A stretch of 64,000 bases of DNA from Paragordius varius (taxonomy: Eukaryota > Animalia > Nematomorpha): the NCBI GenBank assembly GCA_964247055.1, contig OZ176057.1:248001-312000 (forward strand). The letters run 5' to 3'. The notes under the pieces are model-generated. The model was given only the letters and a program-made list of their open reading frames with translations, ran no database searches and was not told the DNA's origin. The translations under genes were made by a program, and so were the position numbers. Positions 11,350-23,000 of the stretch are shown here, piece by piece. Positions within the stretch are counted from its first letter, which is position 1. Each line of letters starts with the position of its first letter.

Positions 11350-14300
11350 TCAATTTTTTAATTGGAAAAATTCGTTCAAGTTTGTTAAAATATCATCCAT
11401 CAATTCCGTGTTGGCTAAAATGTTGACAAAAAATATAAATTATGCAGACATATAAAAGACATTCGAATTTATTGATTTTTTAAAATGAATCATTTTTTCG
11501 GGTTGCAAAATTAAGTGTGAATCACTAATAATTATAAAATATTGTTCATATAATTTTAAGGAAATCTCATTAAAAAGCATGGTTATGTTTTGTTTTCTAT
11601 AATTATATTCCAAAAATAATATAAACTATTTTAAAATAAATAAGTTAAAAAAATTAAGTTTGTTTATTTAACTAGTTCTTAATTGTAAAAATTCTTTTAT
11701 CGGTAGTTATATTTAAAATACTGACTCATAACAAATTTTAGTATAAAATAAAATATGTAATTTTTTGTGCTTTAATTTACATAAATACCCAATATTTCTT
11801 GAATGTTATCGGCTATAAATATTTACAATATATATATTTACCACCAAGATGCCCACTTAATTCTAAAATTTAATATATTATTAGATACAATCATTAATAT
11901 TTAAAATTATACGGGCGAAACATAAAAATATAAATACAAAATGTTTTTGTTAAAACAAACATTAATTTTTTTGATATACAGGAAAATCTGAAATTATACG
12001 GACAAAACGTAAAAATATAAAGACAAAAATTTTTTTTCATAAAGACAGTCATATTTAAATCTAGAATCACTCATTGTTTTAAATGGCATGAAATAAAGTT
12101 ATATAATACTAACACAATTCTATATTATACAATTGTAAGATAATTAAGGTTTAAAAAAGTGTGGTTGTCTTTTTATTACAAACATTTGATTTTATATTTT
12201 TAGGTTTTAACCATATAATTTTAATTTTTACTGTAAATATTACAATTTACATCGATTGTGTTGTCAATATACATTTCTTTTTCCTACTTTAAAATTTAAA
12301 CAATAAATCATATATAATGCAGCAGAGATCTTTTGATCCAAAGATTTGTCTTTATATTTTATGTTTTGTCTGTATAATTTTTATTTTACTGGTTATAAAT
12401 TTTTTGTACTTAAAAACTATCATACCCTCAATGACGTTGAGTGGGCCTTAATAGACATTATGAAATATGTAATTATACTATTTATGAATCCATCAGTAAG
12501 AATGTTTAAAACTCGATTGATGCCTAAGTATTGTAAGTTAACAAAATAATGAAACTTCTTAAAGTTCGTTTTAGTCCTAAGGCGTTGATTACACATAATT
12601 TATGAATAAAGCATACTTTGGAATAAATTTTGAAATTCTAAAATATATATATATATATAATATCATTTACAATTCAAATTCTCTCTTGAACTATTTAAAT
12701 TCACCCTGAAAATAAATTATGTTTTTTTCGGGCAGCTAATATAACTCATTGATATGAAATATATCTTTTGTAAAAACATAGTTTATTATATCTTCCGGTT
12801 TTATATATTAATTTTAAACAGAATTGAATTCATATTTTAAAAATATTATAAAATAAAGGTGCTTTTCTTAAAAAACATAATATCTTTTATGGTAAATTTG
12901 AATTGTTCGAGAGGGTGAATTTGAACTGTAAATGGTATAAAAATATAGTTTGATGGGAAAAAGCTACCTCGTATCCTTGTTCCTGTTTCCACTTTTTAAA
13001 AAAGTTAAAAAAATTTCTTACAATCACCACCTAAAACATATAATGCTATATAATACTTTGTGTCCATATTCTTAACTCTGTTAATATTCAACGTAATTAA
13101 CCTTGTAAAAGGGGCTGAATTTGATTATCCAAAACTTCTAGACCTTTAGTTTATATGAGAAATCCCACAATACAGTAAAAACGTAAAAATATAAAGACAA
13201 TTACTTTATAAAAGACAATCATATTTTTACAAACCTTAATTTATCCTCTTAATTAATTAATTAACAACGATCTTAAAATATGTAATTAATTGTGGTACCA
13301 ATATCTATTCTATACCTTGGAGTTTAAAAAATGAGTTATATATAAAAAAATTATAAAAAAAGTATAGTTGTATTTAAGAAAAAAATAGTTGTCTTTGTAT
13401 TTTTACGTTTTGTCCGAATAATTTCAACTTTTTACTGTATTTACTTGTAATTAAGCCTTGATTTACTGTGTACATAAATTAGAAAATAACTTACCATTTT
13501 CAACGTAGTTTATAGCTTTTATCAAATAACCAAATAATATAAACCTCGAAATATATAAGCCCTTTGTCCTGTTTTTCGTGAAATATTAATAATTTAAGAA
13601 TATACGGTTAAATATTTCTTCACTCAACTCTATTTAAATAGTTATTGCATATTAAATTCGATACCTTCGTCACCTATTTTATGTTAATAGAGGTTATTAC
13701 TGGATTCTTGGATATTTTCGCCTGTATATATAATATATTTTATTAAATTTTACTTGAAGAACTTGAGATCTTTGATTCTGGAAAGGTTAAAAGTCAAGAT
13801 AATACCCTTAGGAATATTCCCTTTATTAAAATATATATACCATTTACAGTTCAAATTCACCCTTGAATAATTCAAATTTAACCCTAAAATTAACTATCTG
13901 TTCTTTTAGGATTAAAAATTACCTATATTTTTTATATAATGAAAATTTCTTTTTTAATTGATATAATACTGAAAAAATAATAAAATATGACATAAGAATA
14001 TATTTCTTATTATTGATGAGTTTTATTAGCCCGAAAACAAACAATTTATTTTTAGGGTGAATTGAATTGTAAATGGTATATATTTATTTACAATGTTCAC
14101 TAATACAGTAAATATTTAATTTATACAGACAAAATGTAAAAGCATTTTAGATAATTAAAAAAAACCATACTTTCTAAAAAGTTTAATTATATAATCGAGT
14201 GTACTATCAATTTTTCCTAATAACCTTCATTTCACAGCCTAAAAAGATGAATTATTAAAAAAATCAAGGTTTATAAAAGAATGGTTGTTTTTTGGAAACA

Positions 14301-16480
14301 AATATTTGTCTGTATAATTTAACATTCTGTCGTGTCCCAATCTAAAATTCTATTATTTTAGTTTTTTTAAGTACCATTATTTTCTATTTGTCCATGAGTT
14401 GAGGTGGATGGACCATTTAGACGAGGAGAATTGCTCATTTCAGGGAGAGAAGAGGACGAGGAAATACTCGCCGCCGAAGACGAGGTCGAACTCGCAATGG
14501 CAACAACAGCTGATGCACCACCCACTCCAGCACCAATAGCAACAGCAGCTGGCACCGTAGAAACAGACAGGGCTGATGCTTCGCCCCCTTCCGTTGCCAT
14601 GGCAACCAAGGACTCTAACGATTCTGCTTGTGAAGAATCACTCATTCTCCACAGATTCAAGCGAGCATTCCTCGTTGGGTTCAACGACGGAGGGTTCGGG
14701 TCCAATTCGATGGAATCGAGATTTTTCATGTTTAACAAATTGTTGTTTGTGGATCGAGGAGTAGATTGAAAACTTTGCTCAACTGCCCTACTACTTAATT
14801 CCCCATTTCGTGGTAGTGAGATTGAAGGCTCGGAAGGATTTGCATGAATTTCTGCTTGTGTAACAATTTGCCCTCCCAAAGTATTCGCTGACGATTGTTC
14901 TCCCGCAAAATCTATTTTTGGTATTTGTTCAAAGTTTGAATTTTCTATGGCAGGCAGATCTGATGATTCAATAGTGTTGGGTTTTATAACGGCTTCTTCA
15001 GTGTTGATTGGTTTCATTTCCAAATACTCGGACGCGATAGATTTTGTCGGTTGACCTTTCAGAGTTTTCGTTAAAATTAGGGCACCAGTTCCGGCTAATT
15101 AATATTTTAAAACGTAAATACCTGCGATTCCCCCAACTAAAATTACATAATTTTATTGTATCTAACGGGTTATTGGTCCAACAATATAGACTTTTGAATT
15201 CGTTGCCAAGGGTTTTTTTATTTCTACAATCTTTTTGTTGACCGTATATCGGAAATTTAGCGATACCCAGTTTACGTCAATATCGAAGTTAATATCTTGT
15301 AAGTTTACAGTAAAAATTATGATTATATAGACAAAAAATAAAATCACAAAGACAAATATTTTTTTTCAAAGTATAACCACGTACTATTTAAAACTTTAAT
15401 TTTTCCTATATACATAAAAAAAATTATTGCGATCTTTGAAAAAAGTTATTTGTCTTTATGTTTTTAATTTTTGTCTGAATATTTCATTTTACTAACCATT
15501 CATGATACTTAAAATCATTTTGCATGTCGTTCTCACTAAACATTATTATCTTTTTTGATAACTTTCCCAGAAAAATTCTATATAAAAAAATAGCAGAGAA
15601 TATATTTACAGTAAAAACTAAAATTATACGAACAAAACGTAAAATACATATTTTTTTCTAAAAGACAACCATACTTTTTTAAAATTTTTCTCATATAGAT
15701 AATTTATTTGCAACCATAATATATATATAACTGATTGTGTTACCAATATACATAAAAATTTTGTATTTTTGTTTTTACGTTTTGTTTATATATTCAAGGT
15801 TTACTGTACCTTTTCGATACTTCGCATCTACATATACATTTATATTTAGTTTAAAAAATATACCAACTAACTGCATTATATACGTTTTAACGGGTATAAT
15901 TACTGTTTTATTAGCATACATATCTATATAAATAAGAAAATTATTAAACCCGCGATTGTTGGAAGTAAAATGAATGTAAAATCAGTTTCATTGTTTAATG
16001 TATGTTGGCCTGTATATATTTACAATAAATGAAATTATACGGACAAAACGTAAAAAATATAAAGACAAAAGTTTTTTTCAAAAGATAACCGTACTTTTTC
16101 AAACCTTAATTTATCCTATTAAAAGCATTAGTTAACAATCGTATAATATGTCATTGATTGTGTGACCAATATATATTCTATTTTACACTTTGCTGTTTAA
16201 AACAATGAGTTATATTAATAACAATTATGGTTTTAAATAGTATAATTGTCTTTTGAAAAAAAAGTGTCTTTATATTTTTACATTTTGTCCGTAAAATTTT
16301 AATTTTTACTATAGTTCATATAAAATTATACTTTCCGTTGGTGTTAAACTTTGGTCCCAATCAGAGGTGTTTTTATTAAGTTCAGCCAAAACTACAGTAA
16401 AAAATTATAAATACAAATCCCAAAAACTCCATGACAAATATATTTATTGTAAACACAGCATTACCTTTTATATATGCCAT
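11350..16480 (-). CDS. Uncharacterised micro-exon gene (about 489 aa, 25 exons): possible FN3-like domain, S/T/P-rich stalk with a G/A-rich hydrophobic stretch, then a helical tail encoded by 19 micro-exons
   Basis: Exons on the minus strand: 16480-16465, 16391-16332, 16009-15950, 15295-15167, 15094-14375, 14341-14324, 13820-13806, 13777-13754, 13721-13701, 13673-13665, 13629-13606, 13568-13545, 13515-13495, 13465-13445, 13137-13102, 13077-13057, 13030-13022, 12991-12968, 12637-12617, 12576-12556, 12523-12479, 12446-12426, 11862-11842, 11812-11789, 11414-11350. All introns are GT-AG and phase 1, all internal exons are multiples of 3, and the frame stays open to TGA. The start exon is uncertain. 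Confidence 0.8.
12664..12935. mobile_element. MITE family 2 (TIR CCATTTACAGTTCAAATTCACCC, TA-flanked, Tc1/mariner-like)
   Basis: Terminal inverted repeats are visible. Other copies lie at 13840-14076, about 27530-27870, 29560-29765, 31490-31725 and 62061-62293. Confidence 0.75.
13173..13438. mobile_element. MITE family 1 (TIR CAGTAAAAATTGAAATTATACGGACAAAAC, TA-flanked, Tc1/mariner-like)
   Basis: TA|CAGTAAAA...TTTTACTG|TA. About 20 related copies occur in the window, e.g. about 11980-12236, 15608-15808, 16021-16312, 25660-25897, 26940-27197, 30962-31230, 40630-40909, 47230-47511, 48571-48825, 49200-49476, 56950-57225 and 61205-61460. Confidence 0.8.
13840..14076. mobile_element. MITE family 2 copy
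   Basis: TA|CCATTTACAGTTCAAATTCACCC...GGGTGAATTGAATTGTAAATGG|TA. Confidence 0.8.
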
Positions 16481-16499
16481 TTTTCAGTCAAAAGAAACA

Positions 16500-19480
16500 T
16501 TTTTTAAGCAAAGCAACATTTTTTTAGCAAAGACAATATTTTTAGTTCCGTTGGAATAAATGGGTTTGCTTAAAAGTGTTGCTTTTGACTTAAAAATGGT
16601 TATAAAACCATTAAGATTACTGTTGCGGAATTATGAGTGTGTAATCAATTGACATCGTTATTCCTTATTTGCCAAGCAAAATGATGAACTAAATTCAAAT
16701 AATCAAGATTTTAAAAATATTGTCTTTTTAAAGCATATTTGTCAATTAATTTAAACATATTATCTGTATAATGTTGTTTTCATCGTAATAATAAAGAATA
16801 AGAGTACTACCTTTTTGACATAAGTCTGGCATGGAAAATTTTTTAAATATAATATTTCGTGAATATACCAATTTGTTTTGCTTGAATTTTTTTGACTAAA
16901 ATCAAAATATATACAGTATTGATATTATACGGACAAAAAGTGAAAATATAAAGACAATATTTTTTGAAATTTTGATTTTTATATAACTCATTGTTTACTA
17001 TAAATTATAGTTTAGAAATATCAATTGACAATTAATTATGAATTATTTGTAATTAAATGTTCTTGATAGGATAAATTAAGGTTAAAAAATGTGTGTCTTT
17101 AGAAAAAAATTTGTCTTTATATTTTACATTATGTCCGTATAATTTTAATTTTCGACGTATATATGTTAAAAATAATTTATTAAAAAAAGATATTACAATC
17201 TTGAAGAGACATTATTCCATTCGCGGATTCGTGGGTAGTCGGAAAACTTTTTAAAGGAATAGTATATGACAGCATAAGAAATATTAACCACATTGAAAAT
17301 TATCAGTTTTAAATAATTAATTTTTAAATTAAATTATCTATAATGGCTTATAAATTAATTAGCCTCATACTTTATAAGGTCAATTGAAAATCCAAGGATA
17401 TCATTTTTTTAATGAAAAATAAATTTTATCAATGTAATATTAACAATAATATTTTCTATAAATAGCAATACACCTTAACTTTTTTGATTAAAATTTAAAT
17501 AAATTAAAGTAGCATTTTTAATTAGATACTTAACAGATTGATGTATTTAAGCAAAAAAGAGCTATACTATGGATAATTGCGAGATACGGTTTATTATTAT
17601 TATAACATTACATTCTCAATATAAAATTCTTCGCTGAATTTTTATTTACAGTAAATTAAAATTATACGGACCAAAACACTAAATTTAAAAACAAAAATTT
17701 TGTTAAAAGACAACCATACTTTTAACACTTTAATTTATGCCATATTGTAATTACAATTGTAGAATACATTAAATGTGTTACCAATTTGCTTATTCCAATT
17801 TATGTTGTGCAGTTTATAATAATCCGTTGTTATATTGAAAAAATCAAGATTTGGTTGTCGTTTATGGGAAAATATTTGTCATTTTTTACTTTTTGTCCGT
17901 ATAATTTTATATTTTACTGTAACTTTATTTTATCGATCTTACAGAAAACCTTGCGCTAATTTTTACATGTAAAAAACAATAAACCAAAGCGCTTTGGTTA
18001 TTTAAATATTGAAGCTTTATTAAGTGTTTTAATTTTTAATTATTAAAAAATGTGCAAAGTTAAAACTAATTTTATTAACCTATGGGCCCATTTAAATCTA
18101 TTAAAATATTTTTTTATATAAAACATAAATACGCGCCGCACAGGTGGAGTTAAGTTAGATTCCCTATGTAGCGCCCCCCGTGTAAAAAGTGCCCAAAAAT
18201 AATTTATTCAATTTACAGAAAAAATATGAGACTATATTAACTTATTGATAATTTTCCTTTCAAAACATAATATATCTAAACACATTTGGGTAGACCCGTT
18301 AAAAAATATATAAAACACAAACACCCCTTATTCACCTTATGAGCCATTGAGCTCATTAATAATTTACATTTTCATTACTTTGCAACCTTAATTGATGATT
18401 TTTTTTTTGAAAAAAATAATATTTTTGTCTGTATATTATAATTTTTTACTGCAGAGCTCTAAAGGTTAAAAATTATTTGGCTAATACTAAGTAAGGCGCA
18501 TCTTTGAATTGAAGGTCTGTGGTGAAAAGAAAAGTTAGTCATTATCGAACAATAATTAAAATGTATGATATCATTATGCGTTTTTATACCGTTTTCACCA
18601 GGAATGTCCAAAACTCGACCTGGAAAATCGTAAATCCAAAACTTAAAAAATTATGCTCATTAAATCATAGTCAAATAAATATTTATTAAACAAATTTTTT
18701 TAGTAAGTTACTTAAAAGGTAGGGAACATAATACATATGCATTTTACATTTTTATGTATAAAATCTAAGAAATTTATGAATGCTCGCACATATATTTATG
18801 CGGCCTGTCAGTTTTTAGGTTCTGAAATTACAGCCAGAGAAGTTATTTGTGTTGGAGACCTCTAGACCATGCTTAGAAATACCATTAATTACGCTTCAAC
18901 AAAATTTAGAAATGCATGAATTTTTCAAAAATATATTTTTTTTAAAGCATATAAAAAATTTTCGCGTTATCTCGGCATATTTCCGTTTATTTTAAAATTG
19001 GATCATTTTAGAATTGTCCGAAAATTTGCGACTCTTAAAATTTAAAACTAAAATATTTCATTTATAATACGTATTTTTCGAATATGTTATATTAATTAAT
19101 TATATTTACAAAATTTTTCAAAATTTATTTGATAAAGGCTAATTTTGCAGTTTTTTCATACGACAATTGAATATATTTTTAATTTACTCGTATGGCTAAA
19201 ATATAATTGTAATTCAACAGGATTTTACTTATTTCTCCGCTTATTTTATTATTTATATTTTTATCACATATATTTAGTAAATTATATCTGTTTTCAGCTA
19301 TAGAATTTTATATTTTCTTATACTAATTGCATTTTTGTAGACAGCGAGGGCCAGTTTTTCTTCCATAGTTTTAATATTTATTGTTATAGAATAAGAGAAA
19401 TTACATTTGTTTATTCTATACAGGACAAAATATATAGACATAAACAAATATTTTATATTTTATTTAATTTAACCTTTTTC
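16500..19480 (-). CDS. Possible further multi-exon coding region (a separate gene or the 5' part of the micro-exon gene), unresolved
   Basis: Joinable exon-like blocks include KFWIYDFPGRVLDIPGEN|DLQFKDAPYL (about 18490-18630) and FKKFSDYPRIREWNNVSSR|FQKNSSKTNWYIHEILYLKNFPCQTYVKK (about 16820-17270). I obtained no complete chain and recognise no family. Confidence 0.35.
17649..17919. mobile_element. MITE family 1 copy
   Basis: TA|CAGTAAATTAAAATTATACGGAC...GTCCGTATAATTTTATATTTTACTG|TA. Confidence 0.8.
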
Positions 19481-20007
19481 GCCAGTTCATTGCGAAATTA
19501 GGGAAAAAATATGAAAATTTCAATAATAGTTTCCTAAAATATTTTATTCAAAATTATCGCTTCAGTAATATTTTGACCCCGTTGTAGAGTTAAAAATCAG
19601 GCTCAAAGAATTTGTCATTAATGTGTAACAGTTAAAAGTAGGCTTTATATTAATTATATACTTTTTAACAATTATAATAAAATTTTTCTCGAAATATATA
19701 AAATAAAAGATAAAATGACAATTAGATAAGTTATTAATTTTTATAATTTTTTAAATCCTGGCAGAAGGCTTAATTTATTAATTTTATAACTTTAATACTT
19801 ATAAAGAAAATTAGGATAAACATTCCTAAAAATAAAGTGTTTAATCTGCTTAAAATATATATTTAAATGTTTTTGACTATCGTAAAATTGATAAAACTAT
19901 GATAAAAAATCCGTAATCAAAATCTAAATCAAAGGTATTATCTTCCGTCCAGATATTTTCGCGCATTCATGTAATCTTCTGTAACTCGGTTTGCGGTTGT
20001 TCAAGAT

Positions 20008-23000
20008 ATGGCAACCCAGAAGTTTATTTATATAACCACTTTTTATGAACAAATTTTTAAAGTATATCTAAATACAAAGTCAAAAACATTATATTCAGAA
20101 GATGTTTGCAACCACATTTCCCGAGCGCTTGGATTCAAAACAAAATCATTTATTATGTTTGCTCTTTATCTCCCATCTAAAAACATTTTTCTTCCACCCT
20201 CCTTCAATCTAGTCAATAGCAATAATAATTTAAAATTAGACTTCAATGTGAAAATTAATTATAGATTGCGATTTTTACCAGCATCTATTCCACAACTTAT
20301 GGAAAATGATTCATCCGCTTTTAATTATTTGTTCCATCAAATACGATGTGACTTTATTAATTCTCGTATTCCAAATATAAATCTTTTAAAATTATCTGAT
20401 AGCCTTGGTCTGGTTGTTGCCGATATTTGCCGCATGACATTAAACCAATCCTCCAATAATTTTATTGAGAGCATTGATTCAACACAAAAAGATTTTCCTA
20501 AAAATTCACCATTATTACATGATGACATTGCAAATGTTCCAGTTTCCAACAATTCTAATCAGTTATTACGATGTAAACTTAAATCGTCTGCCCTTTTACT
20601 CAATCATCTGGAGACTTATGTGCCAAACGATTATTTAAATTCAGCAAGAGACCGAATCAGATTTGCGGTCTCAGGTCGCCGTGCTTTACGAAGGGCTGTT
20701 AAAGAAAGTTTGCTAGCCCCCAAGATGCCTTCCAAATTCTTTTATGAAGTATTTGATTTATTCCTTCTTATAATATTTCATAGCGGTAATATCTTATTTT
20801 AACATTTATTGCAGACAATTACATTTTAGGGTGATTTTGTGCTCCAGAGCTTTTTAACCACAGTTTTGAAGGTTGTTTTAGTAAAATTTTTATTAGTAAA
20901 CATTGTTCTATGGTATAATATAAAACATTTTTGAAAAAACATGACATTATTAGTGAACGCAAGTGTCCTGCGAACATTATTTATACAATCCAATACCGCA
21001 TGATATGTACCTAAGTAAAAAGTGGTCATGACCACGTTGATGATAATTGTCTGACTGAATCTGACCGGACTTTTTGGAAACAGCAGTCAACACAACCCTA
21101 GTTGGGGGCAATTCGCTACACAGGAGTGTATGCAAAAAAGAAAGGAATCATTGATTACACTAGACAACAAATTTTTCTGCCACTCGAGTTTTTTGCATTT
21201 TTTGATATTTATATCATTTTAACAGTGAATCTGAAATAAAAATTATAACTCGTTGGAAGAATTTTGTATAATTTGATTTTTTAGTTATGCGCCCTCTTTA
21301 TCAAAATTTTACTAAAAAGTGTTTTTCTTTGAAAATATACAAGTAATGCCCATTTGTAATATATCATTCGAAAGAGTATTTAAAACTCTATAAAATGTAT
21401 ACTAATATGTATTACATCGACAGTTAATATTGGACACAAAGAGCGACAAACGCGCGAAGCGAGAGCATTTTTCTTAATTATTATATTTTTAAAACTAATG
21501 GATGAAAATAGCTCAAACTTTGTTTAGATGGAGATGAATGTCTAAAAAAGATAACACAAGAAAGTTTTTTTTATTTAAACATTTTTTATTGCTTTTATGT
21601 CATTCAAAACAGCCTTTTTAAGTTTTTTGTTTTTTAAAAATTACCATCTCATTAATATTAATTAATTTTTTTTACAAGGCTGAGAATTTCGGAAATTTAA
21701 AGATAAAAACAAAGTTTAAGGTATTTTTGATCTTTTATAGCCATTATGTAATAAATTCACAGTTTTAACTATGCATTTTAGTATCCACTAGGTAAAATAT
21801 TTATGATAATAATAATTTTTATTAAAAAAGCAAACCAAAAGCTTTTCCAAACATTTTTAAAATTAAATACTAATATAACCCTAATAATTATATTAAAATA
21901 ATTTATATGATTTTCAAATTAGTTTGTCTGTGAAAAATTTGACTTATTTAAGGATTGAAAATTTTGACCATTTAAATCCAAATAACTTTTACATCCGATT
22001 GATTTAAATGACTTATTACCATTTAAAAGATGCAATTTTTTGCGCTCTTTCGAATGATATAAAATACATGGATTCATATCTAAAACTTTAAATTTTTGAA
22101 ATTTCGAGTTTAATGTTAAATCGGGGCCAGAAATTATCGATAAACTCTAATATAAAAAAATTCTTCCATGTAAGACCAATTTTCTTTTCAGATATACTAA
22201 TTATATACTTTAATGAAATAAATTACAAGAATGGCAGTTAAAAAAAGTTAAAATTTGTTGTCTAGTGTTATTCAACATTTTATTATATCTTACTATACAC
22301 TGCTGTTGAATTGCATATTTCCCTACTATAGTGTCAAATTCTATCCTTGTAAAAAGTTCAAATATATAAAGGATATTTCTTTTAATGCCCCAAGCTCGGT
22401 ACCTAGTTTGAAATGGGGAAATTATTATGATTAAATACAAATATTTTTTAATCAATAAAAAACGTAATATTTAGTTACTTCATTTTATAACACATTTAAC
22501 CAAAGTCTTTTATTTCAACTTAAATAATTTATAATGCACAATTATCTCCAAGTATAAGGTGTATTTTATTTAACACAAGTATAGATGTAAATATATATAT
22601 ATATATATATATGAACCTTAAATATTGGATTTTAACACGTTAAGATTTACAAAATTACAAAAGCGGTTGTATTCAAAATTTTAATCTTGAAGTTACGTTC
22701 AACTGTTTTGATTTTTAAAGTTTCTTATAATATACCATTTTTCAACCAAACGCAACTTTTTTTTATTTGTTTTTGAAAACTTTGCGTTTGACCGAAAAAT
22801 GGTAAAGTACAAACTATGGGAAAACGTTATAGCCAAATAAAAAACACCTGTTATTTATTTCCATTTATTTCTTTGGTTGGCAATATTTTTCGTATTCTGA
22901 ATATTGACTCTTTTTAAATTACTGTATTAAAGAAAAAGCAAAGATAGCGCCAAGTTTTGACACGCTATAAATCGATTTCCATAAAAAATTGATTTCAATT

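Noticed and set aside
11415-11788. Additional micro-exon (51 nt, VSILNITTDKRILQLRT) before the terminal exon
   Set aside because: It is symmetric and open but depends on a weak GAG acceptor and is not GC-enriched, so it was left out of the model pending cDNA.
14404-14769. Plus-strand 121-aa and 62-aa ORFs
   Set aside because: They are antisense shadows of the GC-richer 720-nt exon of the minus-strand gene and have no recognisable features.
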